A DNA stretch of 64,000 bases, from positions 32,922,001 to 32,986,000 of the forward strand of contig JBHGNT010000001.1 in NCBI GenBank assembly GCA_043228905.1, read 5' to 3'. This document shows positions 51,828 to 59,011 of this stretch, piece after piece. The notes beneath the pieces were generated by a model. The model was not told where the DNA came from, ran no database searches, and saw only the letters and a program-made list of their open reading frames with translations. Source of the stretch: Azolla caroliniana. Taxonomy: Eukaryota; Plantae; Polypodiophyta. The number at the start of each line of letters is the position of its first letter. The first letter of the stretch is position 1. The position numbers were made by a program, and so were the translations under genes.

Positions 51828-52900
51828 CAATCATTCATTCCTTCCCTAACTTGCTACATAGGAATTTTGCTCCCCTATCCCAAAAGGAAAAGGCACACGC
51901 ACTCTATTCGGAGGAGGGTTTTGCTTTTGTTAGCCTCACTCTTTTGTTCGATGCAACCGAAGCCTTTTTCTCCTCATGCCTTTAACTCGAGGAATCTGCC
52001 TTTCTAAGTAGTAGAACGATAATAGCATTCATTTTTTAGCAAAAATATAATTTCCCTTATTCACATACACTCCCACGTTGTAAGGAAGATGAACACATTG
52101 TCGAGGCAAACATGTGCATGGATATCAATGTCATGACTTGCACATAGAGGCCGACCATCTCCCACCAAAAAAATCCAAGAGAAAAATGTATTACTTGCCA
52201 AACTAGAGTTCAACATACGTCTCCCTTTCCAATGCAACATGCAAGCAAGAGAGTGTACCATTTTGATTGCATCAACTTTGGTTCTTTTTATAATCAATAT
52301 AATCAACTAAAAAACTTGGAAATGTACATGGTCGACACTAACAATGCTACATTCTAATTTCTTACGTCAACAATATGCTACAATGATCACACAAATGTTT
52401 CTACTAGTCTACCAATGTATTTTGCATGCTGATCCACCTAGACTTCCAATAAGGTCCTTCATTTTCACACTTCAAAAGCCAATACACTCATTTTGTAGTT
52501 TCTATAGGTCACAAAAAGGATTTAAGGAAGGTGAAGACAACTTAAAATGATGCGTAAGTAGGAAGTGATCTCATTTGTGAGCAACCAAACAAAGCTTGTG
52601 AACATTACTTAGAATGATACCCAATGGTTGCCTTGAACTTCTAGGAGAAATTGAGCAGCACTAAACACTTCTAGAATGATACCCAATGGTTGCCTTGAAC
52701 ATTACTTAGAATGATACCCAATGGTTGCCTTTAACTTCTAGAAGAACATTTTACCAATTATGAGTAGTATAGCTACTCAAGATTTGAAGATTTAAAATGA
52801 TATCTATTTTGAGTATTAACAACTTATTTAAATGTAAAATTATGGTATATTGTGCTATAACATATGATCTTGATAGAATTGAAATAACTATGACTCCACA
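51828..52900. repeat. Copy A of a diverged segmental duplication (3' flank of the DUF4220 pseudogene)
   Basis: Collinear anchors shared with 56582-57791: caatcattcatt (51828/56582), catgccttt.actcgaggaatct (51975/56728), tagagttca.catacgtctcccttt (52204/57045), atgactccaca (52890/57781). Confidence 0.85.
52600..52745. repeat. Three copies of a 25-bp core, TAGAATGATACCCAATGGTTGCCTT
   Basis: Core at 52610, 52672 and 52707, with shared partial flanks. Confidence 0.9.
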
Positions 52901-52969
52901 TGTGATACATCGATATTGTTCAATTCTAAATGGATATTGTTGAACTGTATGTTGAATGGTATGGTGTAA

Positions 52970-54039
52970 TTGTAGTTGTTGCAGCACTCGTGCATTTCTA
53001 TGGAGTTCCCTATCCTGACCATCCCGGGAATACGCTCCTCCAATCGATCCTGCATGTCTATCTTCTTGGTCTGCCACACTGGCACAGTTTGCTTTGCTGA
53101 CCTACTGCCTTCTTCATGCAGAGGCATGCCCATACCAACCATACTTATGTCCGGTTTGACAAAACTAGCCGAGTGAGATGAATGCCTCCATAACAGCAGT
53201 CCCCAGAAGCGAGAATGTTATGTTCCGCGCCTCTTCCACTAGCTTCTCTTCCTCGTGTTGCTTCATGGTGGGGGGAGAGAAAAAAGAATACCGACACTAT
53301 GAGCAAGATCATGGTTACAATACAGAAGAAGACCCCGCATTTGGTGAAGGCGGTAGCTGCAGCCTTCGCGTACAGATCATTGAATATGAACCTCAACTCG
53401 ACATCGAGCACGAATGCCACGTCCTTCATCGACTTTAATATCTCGTGACCAATGAAGAAATCACGAGTCTTCTTGGTCTGCCTCCACTCGTACATGTAGA
53501 TGCGGTGACGGTCAAAATTTGAAAAGAGAGAAACCCATACACATAAGGTCAACATGGGGTGGGCGTGTCTTCAAGATCTTCCGTTCACAAAACATCATGG
53601 AGACTCACGAGCTGAGGCGTTTTTTTGACAGCTTCGAAGCCTGGCTTGTCTTCATCTTTTTGGGGGCTATCGAAGACATTGAAGGGATGAAGGAAATTTT
53701 GATTCCACTGATCCTCCCACTGAGAACATAGCGGTATGTAAATTGCTCGTCAGGTTCCTTACGGATCAGCTGAACGATAAAAGGCTCAAGCCGCATAAAT
53801 CGTATTTGTACAAAGCAGATTCTTTGATCGCCAATTTGGATGAACATTCAAGGGTAGGTGTCCGTTTGTCTGATTTGATAATTCCTGCAGCAATGAAACC
53901 GAAGCTAACGCGAGCATAGCCCAATGTGGTGATGCGCCTTGCAACCACATAGACACATTCAGAGCTTGGCATCTTCAGTGGCGTATGCAGGGAGCATCGA
54001 GACGAAACAGGAGGATGGTCGCCAAGACATCATAGATGG
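52970..54039 (-). pseudogene. Truncated, frameshifted paralog of the DUF4220/DUF594 gene
   Basis: Fragments FMRLEPFI, YRYVLSG, YMYEWRQTKKT, AFVLDVELRFIF..LYAKAA and GMVRIGNS align to about 60300-61500. Multiple frameshifts and deletions; both the N-terminus and the C-terminal half are missing. Confidence 0.92.
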
Positions 54040-54089
54040 ATATTTAAAGTATACCGTCGGAAGCATGACGGTATACTTTAAATATCCAT
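54036..54089. repeat. Perfect 23-bp inverted repeat with 8-nt loop
   Basis: ATGGATATTTAAAGTATACCGTC - GGAAGCAT - GACGGTATACTTTAAATATCCAT. Confidence 0.97.
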
Positions 54090-54725
54090 GCAAGAATCAC
54101 ATTCAGACAGCATATACGATTCAGTTGCATTGCCGTGGATATATCTCATAAAGCACCAAAATATCTCACCTAAACACCATAAACTTCTTTCGAAGGAAGT
54201 ATTTACGATTAGATTTGAATGATTTCAAGGAAGTTTAGGTCGGCTGAGTCAAATTATTTCAGGAGTGTATAGCGCATAGACTAGATCAACCTAGGGGATT
54301 ATATTCTGTTCCATCGCTGGTATCTTCCAATTTCTCGCTTTCCATGTGTACCAGTAAAATGGACTTCACAGTTAAACGGTGTGAGCGCATTGCAAAACCA
54401 AAATATCCTGTTTTTTGGTGAAGAGCCAATTCTACAAGGATCAAACACCATCACCATTACGACTTAGTACAGCCTAGTGCGCAGACAATCTAAGAAAAAA
54501 AATCCAACCACTCGGAGTTTTCCTGTGCAAATGTAATAAGTGATTGGAAATAAAGCGTGGAAAAATATTCGATAATAGAAAACGTAAACACGAAACGGAT
54601 GGGGAGAGACTGAGATTGAGACAGAAAAAGCGAAAATATGTTTAAAACTATTTCATTCATCTCAGGAAAATAGTCGAAAGACTAGTGCACCTGCTTCTGT
54701 GTATCCCATTTGATTATCTTCATGT

Positions 54726-54800
54726 AAGGAGGCGGATTAAGGGAATTTCAGATGAAACCTCGAATAAGAGAACATGAGATTCCCTTCAGTACGCCTCCTT
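54726..54800 (+). ncRNA. Candidate pre-miRNA-like hairpin (unverified)
   Basis: The 5' arm AAGGAGGCGGAUUAAGGGAAUUUCA pairs with the 3' arm UGAGAUUCCCUUCAGUACGCCUCCUU: 24 pairs including two G:U, one G-A mismatch, one bulged C, and a 24-nt loop. I recognise no conserved mature miRNA and there is no lower stem. Confidence 0.35.
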
Positions 54801-55451
54801 TGTTCCTTCTTTCTTCGCCTTTCTTAAACGGATCTCAAGAGACATCAACGTGAACATAATACATGTGTTACAAATGTATTCTGTAAACGTAATCCAATGA
54901 GTTCTTGGCAAGGCAATAACACATTACAAATATGACTCCCTTCACCGTTTATAGTGCAGTTTGAGACCTACTCTCTAATTCTCAGAAAAACATTAGCGCT
55001 TTGAGAAAAACAGACACTTTTTTAACTTCCCGTTTGCCAAAGAAAATATGAGAATTACTTCTTGGTTCCACAAGATGAGCATTAAATTCTGAGATAACTT
55101 GCGTGGATAATTTAGGGCGTAACACACGGCACAGCAGAGAGGGATAAGACGATGTATCTTTTCCCTGCAGCGTCAGAAAGGAAGTGTTTGAAGCCCCATT
55201 GTCCAGAAAGGATCAGAACAGATGTTGGCCTGGTGAAATAGGCGCCATGGATTCTGTCACATAAAGAGGAGATCTCATGGCCCTTTGGAAAAGGCCCAAG
55301 GTAGAACAGGAGGTGGAGCAGTGTTATCAGCATCTCAATTCTTCTTTCTTCATCGTCGTCTTCTTCTGTTTGCTCCTCCGTCTTGAGGGGGTGCATAATA
55401 AACAGAAAGAAGGGGTTTTTTGGTTCTCTACAGGGACAGACTCTTTGTTGT

Positions 55452-55606
55452 TAGGGTTTCGGGTGTCCTGCTTAGGGGACAAATTTGAGAATTACACGAA
55501 TTGAAGCATTGCCAAAAAGATAATGAGGGGCAAGAGCCCTAAACAAAAACCCTAAAGAAAGCATTGGCAAAAACCGCGGACCCTTTGTTGTTCACCCGCG
55601 TGGGCC
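55452..55606. promoter_or_regulatory. Telo-boxes (AAACCCTA) next to TCP site-II motifs (TGGGCC)
   Basis: TAGGGTTT at 55452-55459 and AAACCCTA at 55547-55554. TGGGCC at 55601, repeated at 55712, 55823 and 55934 in the array. Confidence 0.4.
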
Positions 55607-56012
55607 GGCCTTCGACACACACCTCATGATCCCATCCACGCTTCGCATAATGTGGATTAACTTTCTTACATACGTTGGCAAAAACCGCGGACCCTTTGTT
55701 GTTCACCCGCGTGGGCCGGCCTTCGACACACACCTCATGATCCCATCCACGCTTCGCATAATGTGGATTAACTTTCTTACATACGTTGGCAAAAACCGCG
55801 GACCCTTTGTTGTTCACCCGCGTGGGCCGGCCTTCGACACACACCTCATGATCCCATCCACGCTTCGCATAATGTGGATTAACTTTCTTACATACGTTGG
55901 CAAAAACCGCGGACCCTTTGTTGTTCACCCGCGTGGGCCGGCCTTCGACACACACCTCATGATCCCATCCACGCTTCGCATAATGTGGATTAACTTTCTT
56001 ACATACGTTGGC
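55564..56012. repeat. Perfect tandem array, 4 x 111 bp (+5 bp)
   Basis: Unit ttggcaaaaaccgcggaccc...ctttcttacatacg starts at 55564, 55675, 55786 and 55897; no differences seen between copies. Confidence 0.98.
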
Positions 56013-56581
56013 CTCTTCGAAAACCACCGATAAACGTAAGGATATCATCAAATCCTTGTCACATAGCGAGTATCATTTCATTTGCTTTGTCAAACGCAAA
56101 TGTATGTTTGTGCCTCGATAGTAGAAATGTAGATTGTTATCACAAATGGAACATGAGCAACGTGCCATAATTAGAAGTTGGTGTTGTTCAAACGAGCTCA
56201 AGTGAGGCATTGTAGCATCTGGACCACCGTTCGAATTGTCACAGAGAGTTTCCTACCCCAACCTTGTCATCCATAAGAAGCCACACCAAAAACATCCACC
56301 GGCAACGAAAAGTGCCATGCTTATGGGCCCTCCATATTTTTATCCGAATTCATCGAGCGCTTGCCAAATTGGCAACATTAGATATGCTCGATGAAAAGAC
56401 TTTTGAACTTGCTAGATAAAACAATTTTGGTTTTATTTAGTATGGAATATAGTGCTTGTATCTCTCATATGTATATTACCTTGACGTTATTCTCGAAGGG
56501 CAACATATCAATCCATTCTCTGAATAAACGGCCGGGAAGAAAAGAAAAGAAAAGAACCGGCAGATTCTCTCTTTCTCGGAA

Positions 56582-57791
56582 CAATCATTCATTTCCTCAT
56601 TATTCAGCCACATAGGAAATTTGATCCCCCCATCCACGAAGAATAGTTACACTCTTTTGTGGATGCAATCAAAAGGTTAAACAAACAAGCAAATACTTAG
56701 CTTTTTCTCCTTCTTCTTTCTTTTCATCATGCCTTTTACTCGAGGAATCTACCTTTATAAGAAGTAGAATGATAACAACGCTTGATTTTTGTAGATTTAT
56801 GTATTTTTTCTCATCCACATACACACACACATGTATGTCACTACGTTGAATACATTGATGAGCCAACATGTGCATGGACATCAATCTCGCGAGTCGCAAC
56901 TGATGTCATCTCATTGAGAAGGAGTTTTGGGCTTTACACTTTCATATTGTGGGCTACATAACTTCACCTTAGGAAGGGGATCTTGTTCCTCGTGCCCTAC
57001 CATCTTCCACCAATCTAATCCAAGAGAAAAAGGTATTACCAAATTAGAGTTCACCATACGTCTCCCTTTTCAGTGCAACACGCAACCCATTGAGCTACTT
57101 TATATAGAAGAAACAATCCATTTTAATCGAATCCACTTTGGCTCTTTTATAACCCACACATATGTTTGAAATTCTTGGAAATTTATTTGGCTGACAAATT
57201 AAGATTGGTGTATTCTAACATTGACAGACAGTGTTGAAATGATATCGCAAATGTTTCACCTAGGAGGAAGCCGATGTTCTTTCAAGGCGATTTCAATGTG
57301 TTCATAATCTTTTCTTAGTTTCTTAGCTTTACAATATCAGAGGAAGGTCCTCCATTCTCCCACTTCATTATAAAGGGCTTATAGGTCATTGCAAAGATTT
57401 TAAGGAAGGTGGGGACGTTTAAAAATGATGCCAAAGTAGAACATGAACTCATTCCTAACCAACCATAACATATATTGTGAATATTGTACTGCTTACTTTT
57501 TATACTTAGAAGAACACCCACTAGCTGTGCTACACTTTTAGAACAACTAAGTAGTGACCACCTGACTTGTTATAGTAATTTACACAGGAATGATGAAACA
57601 AAAGGGAGTTTGGCTTTCAATACTTGAAGCTTTCAAATGATGAAAAAGCTTCAAATTCATACATGAAAGGGTTCGTGTGTAATAGACGAAGTCACAATAT
57701 TTAATAGCAACAACATCTCAATTTGTTAAAATATGGTAAATTGTGCTATATTGTATGATCTCGATGGGAAGAAAATTATGATGACTCCACA
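56582..57791. repeat. Copy B of the segmental duplication (3' flank of the intact DUF4220/DUF594 gene)
   Basis: Collinear with 51828-52900 at an offset of about 4.75-4.9 kb. Confidence 0.85.
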
Positions 57792-59011
57792 CTACACTAG
57801 GATAGTTTTACGCCATAGTAATATCATGTAACTATATACTTAATTGTATCACGGGTTCTAAATTATGGTAACTAGAATTATAAAATTCCTCGAATGCTAT
57901 TTGCATTTTCTTATATGAGAACTCAATTGTAATATAAATTGACCTAGACTACAACGCAATAAATACCATGTGCATGATGATATGCTAATACAAGCTTATG
58001 GCAAGTATTCTATTCGGGAAAGCACAACTTGTAATCCCATAAAATTTTTAAGACATAAAACAAAACCCTTTTGAAACATAAGTCAATTGAGATCTTGAAC
58101 CTTCCACATTTATTGCATGCAAAAATGTATGTGAATATGACAAGAGTGAGGTGAGCAACATCACAATGTACATACGTAAAACGGTTGCATGTATAACGAA
58201 TAGGACGAAAGCATGCACAAACTAGTAAAATATTGAGACAACATGAAGATTGTTGAACTTGTACATTCAATTGCACAAAACCATGTAAATGCATGCGCAG
58301 TTGAAGCATGTTGTAACCCAATATCTTATGGGCAAAGCACTGCGCAATGCGTGGAATGAAAAGTTGGATTAAGGGATATACTAAAGTATGTAGTTTGAAC
58401 TGATAGGCTAAAACCACACACCACGTGCCTTTTTCTTATTCCTTATTCCACCAACAATGAAGCTCAAACGCATTTGACATGGTTCAATACACATCAAACA
58501 TCAATACACTAGGACCCATTAAAACCAAACATGGCTATTTTAGTAGAGTTGATCATTTTTAGTAAACACACACATGAGACTAATCATATACATACTATGT
58601 GATGGACATGGCTATTTTTATGATTATGTAAGAGCAAAAAACATAGCGCGTAGATCGAAAAAGATCATCTCCAATGAGGCTAGATACTAATTCTTCGCCG
58701 GTAGCAACATAGTTTTTCACCCATGACAACCGGCATGGCCCTTTATATGATTAGGGTCATCATCCCACTCCAATCTATTACATAAAACTTACACATTGCC
58801 AATAATATATAGCCTCCCAATGCTTGGCTTGAGCGGACACACTCTCGACCGACATAAACCTAGTCGTGATCGGAACGGTGAAGTATCGGGTCACGTGTTC
58901 CGACGACCGGGGACACGCTGACTCACCGGCGGCATTCAGTCTGTCCCTAGTAGTAGTGGTAGTAGTAGTATGGATAGTTAGAATTGCAGTAATGGTAAAA
59001 TAATAATATGA

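Noticed and set aside
52600-52745. 25-bp direct repeats resembling a mini-CRISPR
   Set aside because: The spacers are irregular (37 and 10 bp) and themselves partly duplicated; this is slippage within a duplicated flank.
54726-54800. Assignment of the hairpin to miR159/319 or miR477
   Set aside because: Only a 10-nt core (ACTGAAGGGA) or a loose similarity is shared, and the precursor is far shorter than miR159/319 fold-backs.
55564-56012. CRISPR array or repeat-protein gene (170-aa and 135-aa ORFs)
   Set aside because: The units are identical head-to-tail with no unique spacers and the context is eukaryotic. The ORFs follow from a stop-free 111-bp (3n) unit and have no recognisable domain.
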